From: Lingula anatina
Lineage: Eukaryota; Animalia; Brachiopoda
Assembly: GCA_051362555.1 (NCBI GenBank)
Contig: CM120649.1
Span: 1,178,001 to 1,242,000, forward strand
DNA length: 64,000 nt
Reading direction: 5' to 3'
The position numbers were made by a program, and so were the translations under genes. The notes beneath the pieces were generated by a model, which was given only the letters and a program-made list of their open reading frames with translations, did no database searches and was not told the origin of the DNA. How positions within the stretch are numbered: position 1 is the stretch's first letter; every line of letters begins with the position of its first letter. Positions 24,542 to 39,059 of this stretch are shown one piece after another.

Positions 24542-25574
24542 AGCTTTGAGAGATGAAAAAAAATAGTGGCTGGTTTAATCAACTGCTACAGGATAAAAGA
24601 GACAGAGAAGGGTGCTTCTTTTCGCAAATAAAATAAGGCTGATGCCAATCAGTTACAACTTATTATTATTATGTTTTTAGGGGGGGGAGGTTGGGGGGGG
24701 GGTGCCGTTACAGTACGCGGTACATTGTACCATCCTCTACCGGTTTTGTGCCTAGAAAGTCGGAATATCTGGCAGCTAATTCTTTCCTTATAACACTTCC
24801 TACTATGCCGTCAGTGCAGATGTATGAAGCGAACCAGGGGCGTATCTTGGACGATCCAAATGTGTGCCACGTGTAATGCCACTGCTATTTAACTGACGTG
24901 ACAGCTGCTTTTTTGGCTTTGTTTCTTCACCCCCACCAAACCCAAACCGACCGCAGTGTAAAATGGTTTAGACGTTGCCTTAATACAGCGTATTAATATA
25001 CAATAATAGCGAGAACGGCAAGAGAAAATACGGCTGTAGTGTTCTGACAATCAGAACGACATCAATTGTACAATAGTAAAAAAGGGATAACATCCTAAGC
25101 GTGTTTTAAAATAAATTATGTTTACACATGTATGTACGCAAGCAAGCTCATGAAAAGATCAAAATTGTCACCTTTTTTTAAAAACGAATCAAAAGCATTC
25201 ACTCACATACATAAACATACCCTGATATTAATTAACACAGTGTGAGCATTGAATACACCGCTTGGACTTGCCATTGTAAACTCGCCGCATGAAGTCGACA
25301 TCAAGTTTAAATCTATTACACCCTTAGCAGCAGGACTGTGGCATATGCAGTGTATTTAACGAGAAAAACAGACTGAAAATGTCGATTTTAATGGGCTGGT
25401 TTCCTACCCATTCCTATGGCGGGAGTTAGTGTAGGCAGTTCACTCCATTGTCAGCGTCTACACTCTACACGAAGTTTACTAAACAGAGGCTGTGCTAGGC
25501 AGCTTGTTCACACACGCACACTCACAAACACACCCACACACACACACACAACATACACGCAGGTATAAGCACCA

Positions 25575-25815
25575 AAGAGTCAAAGCGACGCTGATAAATG
25601 TTGGAATCTACGAAGTTAAAATGAGGCTGATATACGGAAAACCTGAGGTGCTTTTTTTCTCGGCTGATGTTGAAAGCAGACACAATGCGTGCGAGTACAA
25701 GTGCGAAAAAGCCAAAGCGAGGTTGATAAATGGTGGGATCTGCAATGTTAAAGTGAGGCTAATATACGGAAATCTCTAGTGAGTTTTTTTATTTTTCTGA
25801 TGTTGAAAGGAGACA
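25575..25815. repeat. Degenerate tandem duplication (~130 bp x2)
   Basis: AAAGCGA..TGATAAATG.TGG.ATCT..GTTAAA.TGAGGCT.ATATACGGAAA..CTGATGTTGAAAG occurs twice. Confidence 0.75.
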
Positions 25816-27263
25816 CTTTCAATTAAATGGTCACTTCCTTACATGCTTACAATGACAATTAAGATGAGATGACTTCCCAGTAACTTTTTAATTTATTGAT
25901 TTAAATGAAACAAAATCTCTAGACTATTAATACAAGCACCGGTGTTAAAATCTGCTCTTGGTCAACTCTGAGTGCATCTCGTTGAATTTGAAGTTGAATT
26001 TATTTCTAAAAATGAAAATAAACAGAAGGACGCTTAAAATAAATTTGTACCAAGCATAATTTACTGATTTTGACATTATTCTTCTGGGGATCAGCCCAGG
26101 GGTTCCCCCCAAGATTTCGGGAATAAGGTGCCCAAAATGCTAATCTGTAATTTGGTCACCGTTTTCAAGGATTCCAACTACAAATATGCTATCATTTCAC
26201 AAGAATTTCTTAAGCCGTTTAGCCGTCTTTGAAAATATAAGTCGTCTTTGGAGACCAGTGGCCGTCTAAATGAAATCCTTGTTCCTCATCAAAACACTTT
26301 CATAGGTGTTGTATGAAAGGGGGGAAGGAGGGAAGGAGTGAAGGCGAGAGAGAATTTAATATTTCACCTCTCTATAAATTTTTCATATCTGAAATCTGCC
26401 GATGTCTTTTCTTTTTTGCATCGTCGATTTAGCCAGAAACATCATCTGAGATTTAAACGACACAAAATATTTCCTCTGTTGTAAACCTACACCACCACTG
26501 TCTTTATCTCTTCGCTCTGTTAGAGTGTGGTGATGGGTAACACTACACCGCCAACGTAGGGCGTGATGTTCATAAAGATTTCTATCAGAATGGCAATTCA
26601 GGGAGCCAGTAATACCAAGGTATTATAACAGTTAATGGAGGAGGGGAGGGGGAGACGACCTTTTTCAGTGTCTAAAATTAATTAAGCTAGTTTTGTGACT
26701 GTAAGTTGAGAAAGAAAAAACTGTGTAGGTGAGTGGCGGTCAGTAAAGCGAGAGCTGTCCATCATTTCTATTTCTTACCACAATATATTTCACTGTACCC
26801 GTTAATTGTCAGTGTGTACCGTTTTTACTTTTTCCCGTACCATAAAAAGTACAATTGCCATAGTATGTCGTTCTCCTTTGTCCAGGGAAGAGAGGGAAGT
26901 TCTTCCTTGTGCCATCCCTAAGCAAAAGAAACCGCCAGTGTATATTTATGTGGAACCTCTGGGTTCGATCTGTTTGTTTTAACGTAATATTTTATGTGAG
27001 ACCTGTGTCCGGAATGTTTGCTGGCATTTAGTCTACTAAAGAAAATTCTTTAAGAAATTAATAAATTCATCGAATAATGACACGCTGGAAACCGTTTTTT
27101 TAAAGACCCAATCTTATTATCTTCTTATGATCAACCAGCATTGTTACATGTACTTCTACTACGGTTACATAGAATCTGGATATAACAAAATTGTCAATTA
27201 TTATTTTGATCTACGTATGTTCTGGATTGAAAGGCGTTTTTAATATATACCGCTCCCTAATTC

Positions 27264-27400
27264 TGACTCACAGCTGAATTCTAGGAAATTCGCGCATGCG
27301 TAAACACTATTTTATTTCATACGCCTTCAGAAATTTTGTGTCAAATCGAAATGACGCGTGTCGCATGACTAGATCATCCTTAAATATCGCTGCAAAGAAT
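27264..27400 (+). promoter_or_regulatory. FReD-1 proximal promoter (AP-1, STAT/GAS, TATA-like); conserved at 34879-35010 and 40996-41120
   Basis: TGACTCA 27264-27270, TTCTAGGAA 27279-27287, GCGCATGCG, TTAAATAT ~60 bp before ATG; same order in all three copies. Confidence 0.55.
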
Positions 27401-27442
27401 AGAATTGTGTTCTTCTGCTGGATACATATGCCGTAAAGAGCA

Positions 27443-30400
27443 ATGGAGTTGACCTACAAGTATATGGTGGTTTTACTCTGTGTTTTTGACGTTACTCTGG
27501 GAATTCAAACTTATGAGTAAGTGCTGCAATTAAACGTTTCTTCTTAGTGATTATATTTCATTATAATGAATTGCATACTAGCATCGAGCAAATATTTTCA
27601 CTGATTTTAATTAATATTACTGTCTTAACTTTCCTTCACTTCTACAATACCGTTATTTAATGGAATTGTTATTTTTGAAAAAAAAATATTTGACATTCTT
27701 CAAAATAGAAGGTACTGTCCAAACGACTATCAACAACAACGAGGCAGTTTTTTCTCACGATCAAAAAGAATCTGATTTTCTTTGATGAATATTTTTCCAA
27801 ATCAATATATACCCAAATAAATGTCTCTATATTTGAAGTTGGACTTAAAGTATATGGCTCCATTAAACTACATGAATTTTTTCTTGTAGCATCAAACGCC
27901 GAGATGTTCAAGCCACATCCCAGTCTCAGTGTTCAGTAACATCCACCCTGCTGGACTTCCTGAAGAACGACAGGAAACGTCTGGAAGACAGATACGACAA
28001 TCAGCTGAAACGCTTAGAAGGGAGATGTGACGATCAACTGAAACGCTTAGAAGGCAAATACCATGATCTGGTGGATAAATGTCTTAAACTGGTACAGACG
28101 ACAACAAATTTACAAGTGAAATTAGCAAACTTTACCGCGGAAAAGCAAGGTGGTAAGTTGCATTTTCTACAAATGACAGCTTTTGTTCAATTCAGTTTAT
28201 TTAATTTAATTTATAAATTGTCTGAAATATCCATGGACCTAACTAGAGACAAGTAACGCGGCATCTTCCTTTGCAGCTATGTGCGTTCGGGTAAACATTC
28301 GCCTATTGTCTCACATAATCTGTTTTGATAGCTCCACGGGCGTCTGAACAGCTTATTATCAAGGTAACGCGCGCTGTGCTTCAGTGCATTTCTATTGTTT
28401 CTCTGCATTGATAACGCAATTTCTCGCAGTCCCTCGTGGTTGCTATGATACAGCATTGCCGCCATCTTGCAGTTGCGAGCACACAGGTTTCCGTCAACAC
28501 GTGGAAATTTATTGAGGGGTTTTCGGCATTTTTCCCCGTTACCTCATAAAAACGGGGTGTGAAGTTTGTCTTCAATACCTGCTGCCTTTCCCTGTCCGTG
28601 AGGTAGTCTCTGACAGGACAGGAATACGCACCCAACGACCGGAAATCTCATTCCTACATGTACCAGTAGCTGTGACACCCCGGAAGATCAATCAAATTTA
28701 CACAAGAACTGACTGCTGGTGAATCAGACAAATTAAAATGGACCTTTTTAGCATGTTTGTGAAATTATATATTACCATTAGGGGCCACTCATTTCGCAGA
28801 CAGCTTAAAGAAAAGTACCAAGAATCTGTGTCTGCACCTACGAAAGAAAAAGGATTGAGAAAGTCTCTCAAAAGGAAGAGTAGAATTACAGCTTGAATTA
28901 TTACCTAGATTTTCGACAAACAGACAGTATGATCTTGTGCATTTATAACATTTGGGTTTTTTCACTTAGCAATTAAGTTCTATATTAGAAATTTCATCTA
29001 GGTTTACATTAATTTTAATTAGTTATTTAAAAGTCAGATTTGTCGTATTAGTTTGGTAGAAAAAGAATACACCAGGTACCAAAATATGGCTTTCTGTTTT
29101 CAGTAACTGAAAAGCAGTCATAATTCAAGAACTTATTATAAGTATTTATAATATTTGGTTTTTCAGTCAGCAACTATCTTTCATTTATATTTCGTTTTAT
29201 TTTTCATTAAAAGTTACCCGTTTACAATATGAGATTAATTTCACCAATACTGATCTTATGGTAATAAAAATGCATATATTTGACATAAAAAAATCTTCTT
29301 TTTATTTCTTTTCACTTCCTTTTTTTTTACACAACTTAATATATTATAATAATAAAAGATTTGACAAATAAGACGCATATCACTGCAAGAGGGTCAAAGT
29401 CAAATGTGAGTATGAATTTTATCAGGATCAGATTTTTTAAACCTGTAGTTAGTGTATTCTGAGGTAATTGAATATGCAATTTCAATCAAGCAAGAAAAAA
29501 CTGTCAAAACATATAATCCATGTTTTTTTACATTTCATTTTTTTTTCATTATAAGATAGCAAATATAAAACAACTTGAGTACATTCCAATATTTATTATT
29601 AAAAAAGTAAACATTAAAAATGCTTGTTACAAAGCTAGTGATGATGAATATACAATACATGTTAAGTTTTCTTGTCTTGTCATTTTTGTGAAAGTCATGT
29701 TGGAGTTCTTTCCTATTTGTATCACGAGTAGTATTAACTTATTTATAAAAGGTATAAACTAATTTCTTATTGACCTATGTGAATTATTGTCCAAATGTTT
29801 AATTAGTGCGTCTCCTCTTGGGCAATGGTGCATTGTCCAATTTTAACTTTCCGGCATCTTGTGAAGAGAATCTGGAAGAGAATAAGAATGTTTTTATCAC
29901 AAACTACTATAAATGACAATTGCCTTTTTTACTTCTACTTGGACATTTGAGCCACAGGTAAGCCTTATCAAATGCATCTCAAGATTCTACCTGTCAGGTA
30001 GATTTTCCCTCTAGTGAAATTTACTTCCCTTGTTAGGCATGGACTTTCTAGATCATTATCAGCCAGGTAACTAAACCGTCTGGCCCTTTGATGATTTGAT
30101 AAAGCCAGCTAGGTGCTATCCAAAGGCATGTCTCAGTATTATTTCAAAGATTTCAAGCACCTGATAACAAGATAATGCAATGTAGCAAGGCAATTACAGA
30201 GGTGAGACTGTTATCACAAATGTGATAAAGATCTACTATTATGACCATTACCCAAATAAATATAATCATGAACTTTGCATGTGTACATGTCCACATATAC
30301 ACTTTCACTATAAGACCAATGAGGGTGTTTGTCAATAGTCACAATTGCATGGGTGGTGCCATATTGCAACGATAGCCCATATTAAGAGTTAAAAAAAAAT

Positions 30401-32979
30401 AATTATCATTCTCAGACTGGAGCTGACTGGAGCCGGTAATGTGTAAATATATATATACTTTAGAGCAGTGTTAATGTCAACTTTGATTAAAGAATATTAA
30501 AAGGATCACAGGTGCGTTTTTGTGTGTCATAATTGCATGTGTGGTGCCATATTGCAAAGATAGCTCATATTGAGAGTTAAAAAAATAATAATTATCATTC
30601 TCAGACCGGAGCTGACTGTAGCCGGTAATGTGTAAATATATATATGCTTCAGAGCAGTGTTAATGTCAACTTTGATAAAAGGATATTAAAAGGATCACAG
30701 GTGCGTTTTTGTGTGTCACAATTGCATGTGTGGTGCCATGTTGCAACGAGAGCCCATATTAAGAGTTAAAAATATTAATTATCATTCCATAATTCGGGCT
30801 CACATGAGCAAGTAACATAAACATGTACACAGCGGTGTTGATGCCCCCTTTATCTAAACCGTACGTAAAAAATACCAGACCTAAAACGATGTCGGCGAGT
30901 CGAATAAATCGCAGAGGAATTGCGTCATTTTAATTCAAAACACGATTTGAGGTTAAATTATTGCCGCATCTAAGGCTAATTCTTTACATGGAGGTAAAAT
31001 TTCAAGACTAGAAATATTTTTCTATCGGATCATAGCTAAAGACAAGTATTCGACACCGCAGTTGTACAATTTTAAACACTCATTTTACGGCAACAAACAC
31101 GCTTGCCTTCACCATATTGGGCATTTTGAATTCCTCCATGAACAAACATACCTTATTCTCATCTAGCATCCAAAATAGCAAAAGAAATTGTACTTACATT
31201 TTATCTCTATAAGTGTCTTGACTCATCCACCCGAACGTTTTCCTCGCGTTATCACCAGCTACCTGTCCAAATGACACAAAAAGTCATCAACAGCCGCGAT
31301 ATGCTCGCTACCTGTACGGGAGGTCACGTGATCCGAACGCACATCGTTTCGCGAAGAGCTCGCGCTAAGCCGATTATCCTTTGATCTTTCTCCGCGTTAC
31401 TTGTCCTCTAGTTAGGTCCATGAAATATCTTTGTGTTTCTGTTTATGATGTGTGCAACTACCAGAAAAAAGGTTATATTACTGTTTTTTTCCGAACCTCC
31501 CATAATTAGATAACTTTTTACAAATGATACATGCTGAATGCTGATAGCGATGGAGGCATCTTCTCGTTTTAAGGCATATGTCAACATGATATAACATAAA
31601 TATATTACGGTGATGTTACAAATATGACGAAACATGCTACTGTCTGATTACAGTAAGTGTTCGGGACTGCGCTGATTTGTACAAGAACGGCGTGAAGTTG
31701 AACGGGGTGTATACCATAACACCAGATAACAGTCCGAACGCATTTAACGTCTACTGTGACATGACCACTGACGGAGGAGGATGGACGGTATGATTTAGTT
31801 TAATTCATTTAAATTCAGATTAATTTTCATATGTTAAATTATTATATATTTCAGATGTGTTTCAAAATGATTTTCCGTTTTAGAACTTTTTTTTTTTTTT
31901 GGGGGGGGGGGGGATTGGCCATTTTTTATGTTAAAGGGACCCCAAATGTTTTTCTAAAGCCTTTAATCACATTTTTCTTGTCAAAATTATTGGTGGGTAC
32001 TCATTTATGTTCGTTTTTTTTCAAGACAGTACATCAAATCAACTGCTTCTCCCTGTTATTGGACAAAGGATTTTGTGAAGTATTTTGAACTTCCAGTTGT
32101 TCCAGAAGCGTATGGACGGTTCCGTAGACTTCTACCGTGGCTGGCAATCTTATAAGAATGGATTCGGAAACGTGAACGGGGAACACTGGTTAGGTAATGA
32201 GACATGATCAAACACATTTGATGTTCCTAAAGCTATATAGAGATGTCGAAACCTGCAGACAAATGTCATTTGAATGAAAAATTGCATTTAGTAGATTATG
32301 ATAAATGTTTTCTTTATTTCATTTGTATTCTGTCCTACAGTTATATATTGCTATCAATAACGCTGGGAGTGAAGAAAATTACAATATATGTAGCAGATTT
32401 TCAAAAACTGTTGACATTGTACATATGTTAATATTGTGTGTATTGCGTATTTTGTATCATTTGGACTCTATTAAAAGTTTACTGATTCAACGATATTTTA
32501 AATATAGATATATTTTCGGTCCTTTTTGACAAATGGATAAACAACTGAATTAAAAGATTGAGCCAGTCATTACTTTTTTTCTACAGGGAATGAACAAATT
32601 AACACCATCACTAACCAAAAGCGATACGAGCTGCGTGTAGATATGCAAGACGCGAATGGTGTTTGGCGCTACGCCCGTTACGACAACTTTGCTATCGCGT
32701 CAGAGAAAGCTAAGTACAAGTTAACTGTCGGGGTTTACTCTGGGAACGCAGGTAGACAATTAATTAATCTATCTTGTTTTGAAGTTTCATCGTAGTCATA
32801 AACAGCAGCGAGGCGGTGATTTAGAGAGCACATTGATGCTTAAATGCACACACACAGACACGCACACACACGCTGTGAGAAATGATCTTTTAAATCGATA
32901 GCGCTAGATACATGTTTGTACATGCACATGTTCAGCCCATGCGTGACTGTATTTCTGCACACACACGCACACGCACACA

Positions 32980-33035
<56 letters not shown>

Positions 33036-33551
33036 CACGCACACAATAAAGGGAACTACATGTACTATTATACGTACCAACCATGTCTTAGTTCACTGTT
33101 TTTGTGCTCTCGGTCATGCAGGAAAAATCAATTTCTACGTACACGCTGGGCAATATATGAACCCTTTTTTTGTTTGAGAACATAATGACCTATGTACAAT
33201 ACCCCTGTACATCATATGTGCAGCACTTCTCACTTCATATGTCTCTGTAAGGCTTCTTGTATTTTATGTTTAGGGGATTCACTGAGTCATCACAAGGGCC
33301 AACCTTTCACCACAAAAGACAGGGATAATGATGTAGACGCAAGGAATTGTGCACAGCTATACAAGGGAGCCTGGTGGTATAAAAATTGCCACGTTTCCAA
33401 TCTGAACGGTCTGTACCACCTGGGTGATCACAGCTCGTACGCTGACGGCGTCAACTGGTATGCATTTAAAGGGTACTACCACTCGCTGAAGACAACGGAG
33501 ATGAAAGTTCGTCCCGTCGGCTTTAAATCTGCCTCTGTTAGTAGTGGCTAA
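27443..33551 (+). CDS. Secreted coiled-coil + fibrinogen-domain protein (FReD-1; tachylectin-5/ficolin-like C-terminus), 336 aa; exons 27443-27516, 27890-28152, 31654-31787, 32097-32193, 32587-32751, 33274-33551
   Basis: Signal peptide [20 protein letters not shown]; [89 protein letters not shown]; all GT-AG, phases consistent. Confidence 0.93.
28232..31422. mobile_element. P-element-like non-autonomous transposon (~3.2 kb) in FReD-1 intron 2
   Basis: 30-bp TIR CATGGACCTAACTAGAGACAAGTAACGCGG; 7-bp TSD AAATATC; equivalent intron in copies 2 and 3 shows the empty site. Superfamily inferred from CAT terminus and TSD length. Confidence 0.85.
30338..30787. repeat. ~188-bp tandem repeat (~2.4 copies) inside the P-like element
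   Basis: GTCA(C/T)AATTGCATG.GTGGTGCCAT at ~30338, 30526, 30715. Confidence 0.9.
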
Positions 33552-35056
33552 GCAGATGTTCTTGCTATTACGTTGTAATTTTGTCATATTGAAGACAGAA
33601 TGTGAGTAAAAGTTCTTGGATTATACAAGCATTTGTGTTATTCCATCGTTAAATTTATCTTTTGGAATTATGGACATTTTGTATTTATAGAATCCATTTT
33701 TTTAACTTCATGTGACTTTTCGAAACCTTAAAGTAGTAGTAAGCTTAACATTCCATTTCATTTCCCAATAATTTCTCATGCAGATAAATGTCAATGTTAC
33801 GACTTTGAAAATAAAGGCCATCTTTTGAGGCTAGTGGCCGTCCAAATGATAACCGTGCTCTCTGGGGAAAGCCTTGCTCCTCGCCAATAGACTTTCATAG
33901 GTGATATATAAAAGGTAGGGAAGGAGGGAAGGATTGTAGGAGGGGGGTAGGCGAGACCATTTGACTTCTCCCCCTTCCCCCTTAGTTCTTCATATCTGAA
34001 ATCTGCCAATGCCTTTTTGCATCGTTGATTTAGTCTCAAACATCATCTGAGATTTAAACGACACAAAAGATTTCCTCTGTTGTAAACGTACACCGCCACT
34101 GCCTTTATCTCTTCACTCTGTTAGAGTGTGGTGATGGGTAACACTACATCGTCAACGTAGCGCGTGATGTTCATAACGATTTCTATCAGAATGGCAATTC
34201 CAGGAGCCAGTAATGCCTAGATATTATAAAAATTAATGTAGGAGTGGAGGGGGGAGCACTCTTTTTCAGTGTCTTAAATTAATTAAGCTAGTTTTGTTTT
34301 GTTTGGTAATATATGGCAGGGACGTTCGTTGAGAAAGAAAAAACTGTGTAGGTGAGGGGTGTTAGTAAAGCGAGAGCTGTCCATCATTTCTATTTCTTAC
34401 CACAATATATTTCACCCATTAATTGTCAGTGTCTACCGGTTTTTACTTTTTCCTGTACCATAAAAAGTACAATTGCCATAGTCTGTCGTTTTCCTTTGTA
34501 CAGGGAAGAGAGGGAAGTTTTTCTTCCTTGTGCCATCCCTAAGCAAAAGAAACCGCCAGTGTATATTTATGTGGAACATCTGGGTTCGATCTGTTTGTTT
34601 TAACGTGACATTATATGTGAGACCTGTGTTCGGAATGTTTGCTGGCATTAAATACTAGAGAAAATTCTAAAAAAAAATTAATCAATTCATCGAATCATGA
34701 CACGCTGGAAACCGTTTTTCTTTATAGAGCCATTATCTTCTTATGATCAACTAGCGTTGTTACTTCTACTACGGTTACATATAGAAACTAGATATTGCGA
34801 AATTTTCAGACCATTTTGATCAACGTCTGTTCTGTATTGAAAGGTGTTTTAATATACAGGTATACTGCTCCCTATTTCTGACTCACAGCTGATTTCTGGG
34901 AAATTCGCGCATGTGCAATCACCATTTTATTTCATACGCCTTCAGAAATTTAGTGTCAAATCGAATGACGCGTGCTGCGTGACTAGATTATCGTTAAATA
35001 TCCCCGCAAAGAATAGAATTGCGTTCTTCTGCAGGATACATATGTCGTAAAGAGCG

Positions 35057-37193
35057 ATGGAGTTGACCTATAAGTATATCGTTATTTTACTCTCTGTTTT
35101 TGGCGTTACTCTGGGAATTCAAACTTATGAGTAAGTGCTGCATTTAATCGTTTCTTCCTAGTGATTATATTTCATTATAATGAATTGCATACTAGCATCT
35201 AGCAAATATTTTCACTGTTTTTTATTAATATTTAATATCAGGTGGCTTAACAAGTTACTGTCTTAACTTTCCTTCACATCTACAATATAGCTATTTATTT
35301 ATAATTTTCTTTTTAAAAAATATTTGAAATTCTTCAAAATAGGAGGTACTGTCAAAATGGCAAGCTAATCAACTTGGCAGTTTTTTTCTCGTGATGAAAA
35401 AAAAATCATTATGATAAGTGATTTTTTTCGATGAATTCTTGTAGAATCAAACGCAGAGATGTGCAAGCCACATCCCAGCCTCGGTGTACAGTAACATCCA
35501 CCCTGCTTGACATCCTGAAGAACGACCTGAAACGCTTGGAAGACAGATACGATGATCTGGTGAAACGGTTTGGAGATGAAAAGACACGTTTGGAAGACAG
35601 ATACGATGATCAACTGAAACGCTTGGAAGGCAGATACGATGACCTGGTGGATAAATATTCTAAACTGCTACAGACGACAACAAATTTACAAGTGAAATTC
35701 GCAAACTTCACCGCGGAAAAGCAAGGTGGTAAGTTGCAAATGGCATCTTTAATTCAATTCAATTGCTTTTATTTTATATAATAAAAAGTGGGGAATATTT
35801 GTGCATTTCTGTTTATGATGTGGGCAACTGAACTACTAGAAAAAAATCTTAAATCACTGTTTTTTCGAAACTTTCCATAATTAGATCACTTTTTACAAAT
35901 GATATATGCTGAATACTGACAGCAATGGGAATATACCCTTAGGTAATGAAGTAACTATCCCATTTTGGCATGTGTTAACATGATAAAGCGTGAATATATA
36001 TTGGTGATAGTACAAATATAACGAAATATGCTAACGTCTGATTACAGTAAGTGGTCGGGACTGCGCTGATTTGTACAAGAACGGAGTGAAGTTGAACGGG
36101 GTGTATACCATAACACCAGATAACAGTCCGAACGCATTTAACGTCTACTGTGACATGACCACTGACGGGGGAGGGTGGACGGTATGGTTTTGTTTAATTC
36201 AATGAACTTAGATTAATTTTCATGTGTAAAATTATCATATATTTTAGATGTGATTCAATAGGATTTTCCGTTTTTTGGGTGGTTTGTTGGGGTCTGGCCA
36301 TTTCTCAGGTTAAAGGAGCGCCAAATTTTTCTCTAAAGCCGTTAGTCACTTTTTTCTTGAATCTAGTGCCTTTCCCTGTTATTGGACAAAATATTTTGTT
36401 AAGTACTTTGTATATTTTTAGTTGTTCCAGAAGCGTATGGACGGTTCCGTGGACTTCTATCGTGGCTGGCAATCTTATAAGCATGGATTCGGAAACCTGA
36501 ACGGGGAACACTGGTTAGGTAATGAGACATTTTTAAACATTCGTGATGTTCATCGAGCAATATAAAGCTTTTATAGAGATGCAGAAACCTGAGGAGAAAT
36601 GTCATTTGAATGAAAAGTTGCATTAAGTGGATTATGATAAATATTTTCTTTTATTTCATTTGTATTCTGTCCTACAGTTAGATATTGCTATCAATTACAC
36701 TGAGAGTGAAGAAAATTAGATATATGTTGCAGATTTTCAAAAACTGTTGACACTGTACAGAATATAAATATTGTGTGTATCGTGTATTTTGTATCATTTG
36801 GACTCTATTGAAAGTTTACTGATTCAACGTTATTTTAAGTATAAATATATTTTCGGTCCTTTTTGACAAATGGATAAACAACTGAATTAAAATATTGAAA
36901 CATATTTTACACTTTCTCTACAGGGAATGAACAAATTAACACCATCACTAACCAAAAGCGATACGAGCTGCGTGTTGATATCGAAGACGCGAATGGTGTT
37001 TGGCGCTACGCCCATTACGACAACTTTGCTATCACGTCAGAGAAAGCTAAGTACCAGTTGACTGTCGGGGTTTACTCTGGGAACGCAGGTACACAATTAG
37101 TTAATCTTGTTTTGAAGTTTCATTGCAGTCATAAACAGCAGTGAAGCGGTGATTTAGAGAGCACATCGATGCTTAAATGCACACACAGACACG

Positions 37194-37230
<37 letters not shown>

Positions 37231-37329
37231 TGATAAATTATCTTTTAAATCGGTCTTGTCAAGGAATTAGGGTATAGCTAGATACATGTTTGCACAGGAA
37301 CATGTTCAGCTCATGCGTGACTGTATTTC

Positions 37330-37366
<37 letters not shown>

Positions 37367-37848
37367 ACACACACTAAAGAAAACCACTATTATACGTACC
37401 AACCATGTCTTAGTTCACTGTTTTTGTGCTCTCGAACATGCTGGGCGATATATGAACGTTTTTTTTTTGTTTGAGAACACAATGAACTATGTACAATACC
37501 CCTGTACGTCATATATGCAGCACTTCTCATTTCACATGGCTCTGTAACTCTTCTCGTATTTTATGTTTAGGGGATTCACTGAGTAATCACAAGGGCCAAC
37601 CTTTCACCACAAAGGACAGGGATAACGATGCAGATGGTAGGAATTGTGCACAGACATTCAAGGGAGCCTGGTGGTATAAAAGTTGCCACGCATCCAATCT
37701 GAACGGCCTGTACCACCTGGGTGATCACGGGTCATTCGCTGATGGCGTCAACTGGTATACATTTAAAGGGCAGCACCACTCCCTGAAGACAACGGAGATG
37801 AAAGTTCGCCCCATCGGCTTTAAATCTTCCTCTGTTAGCAGTGGCTAA
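35057..37848 (+). CDS. FReD-2, 343 aa; exons 35057-35130, 35445-35728, 36048-36181, 36422-36518, 36924-37088, 37571-37848
   Basis: Same 6-exon structure and motifs as FReD-1; reading frame intact. Confidence 0.93.
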
Positions 37849-39059
37849 GGAGATGTCATTGCTATTACGCTGTCGTTTTGTCAAAGAAAACAAAATGGAA
37901 GTAAAATATTTGACTTATACATGTAAATGCCTTTGTGTTATTCCACTGTTAAATTTCATTTGCATTTATAGACAGTATGCATTGACAGAGTTCATTTTTA
38001 AAGGTAATTTAATTTTTGGAAGCCCTCAAGAAATGCTTGTTCAATGTTTATGACCTTAAATTTCAATTGAACAGTTCGAAATGTTTTTAATGGATAACAA
38101 TTGTATGTTTTGGTATAAAAGCCGATTTTCCTGGTTTAAAAGACGATTTCCCTATACCTTCCAATAGTTAATGAATACAGTGTATATCCCAATATTCAAA
38201 GTTTGTCAATGTTTTTTTCTTGTAAAAAGTATTTTGTAATAATCTTCTAAGATATTACTATGGAAGTATAACCATCTGTGATGGTCCACGTGGTCTGATG
38301 TCAAGCACAAACTCCATGCTAATTTTATCCTATATATATTTATAAAACATAGTTTCAAATACATGGTTAAATGGAACCCTTTACTGACCTTCACCTTGAC
38401 GTGACCTTGAACTGTTCACTGTGATTGACACGAACCGAGCAATGTGTTATGTGTCACTGTCCAGTATTGACCACTGTTAATGTGACCACTGGAGACTGTG
38501 GCTCAGTTACTGGTAAGGATTGTGCTTAATCACACCCAACAACACATTCATTCTCTGTCACACCTAACACATTTAAAAACTTTTATGGTACATCAGGTCA
38601 GACGTGGTGGTGAATCACAACCAAAAATCACATTCGTTCTCTGTCACACCTAACACATTTTCATACAGCAATTTCAAAGTGGATTTTACTCTTTACTCAA
38701 TTAATTGACACAGCGTTAGGAACGGTATTGAACTCATATCAGTTTGTCAGTCATAGCTTGTCTTTTTCAGACTTAAAGACTGGTTCTTTTGAAACCAGTT
38801 ACCTCCCGACAATAACCCAATTAAACTCATTAAACTAGCCTGTTGAGAAAGTTAACCACGAGCTCTTCGATCAATTAGCGACATGCAAGCGATGTATATC
38901 TTCATCTAACAATTTGATGGGGCCAGAATGGAAAGTCAATTGACAGGCCTATTTACCTCGAAACGAAAGTTTAGTTAGAATTTGTGCAAATGCTATCTTA
39001 AGCTACGCTTTGGTTTGAAAACTTTTTGAAACAAGAATTAAATGATCATTTTTAACTGA

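Noticed and set aside
26297-38000. FReD-1/FReD-2 duplication as an uncollapsed-haplotype artefact
   Set aside because: Many substitutions and indels, distinct repeat structure, and copy 2 shares its 3' flank with copy 3 rather than copy 1; considered real, though read depth should confirm.
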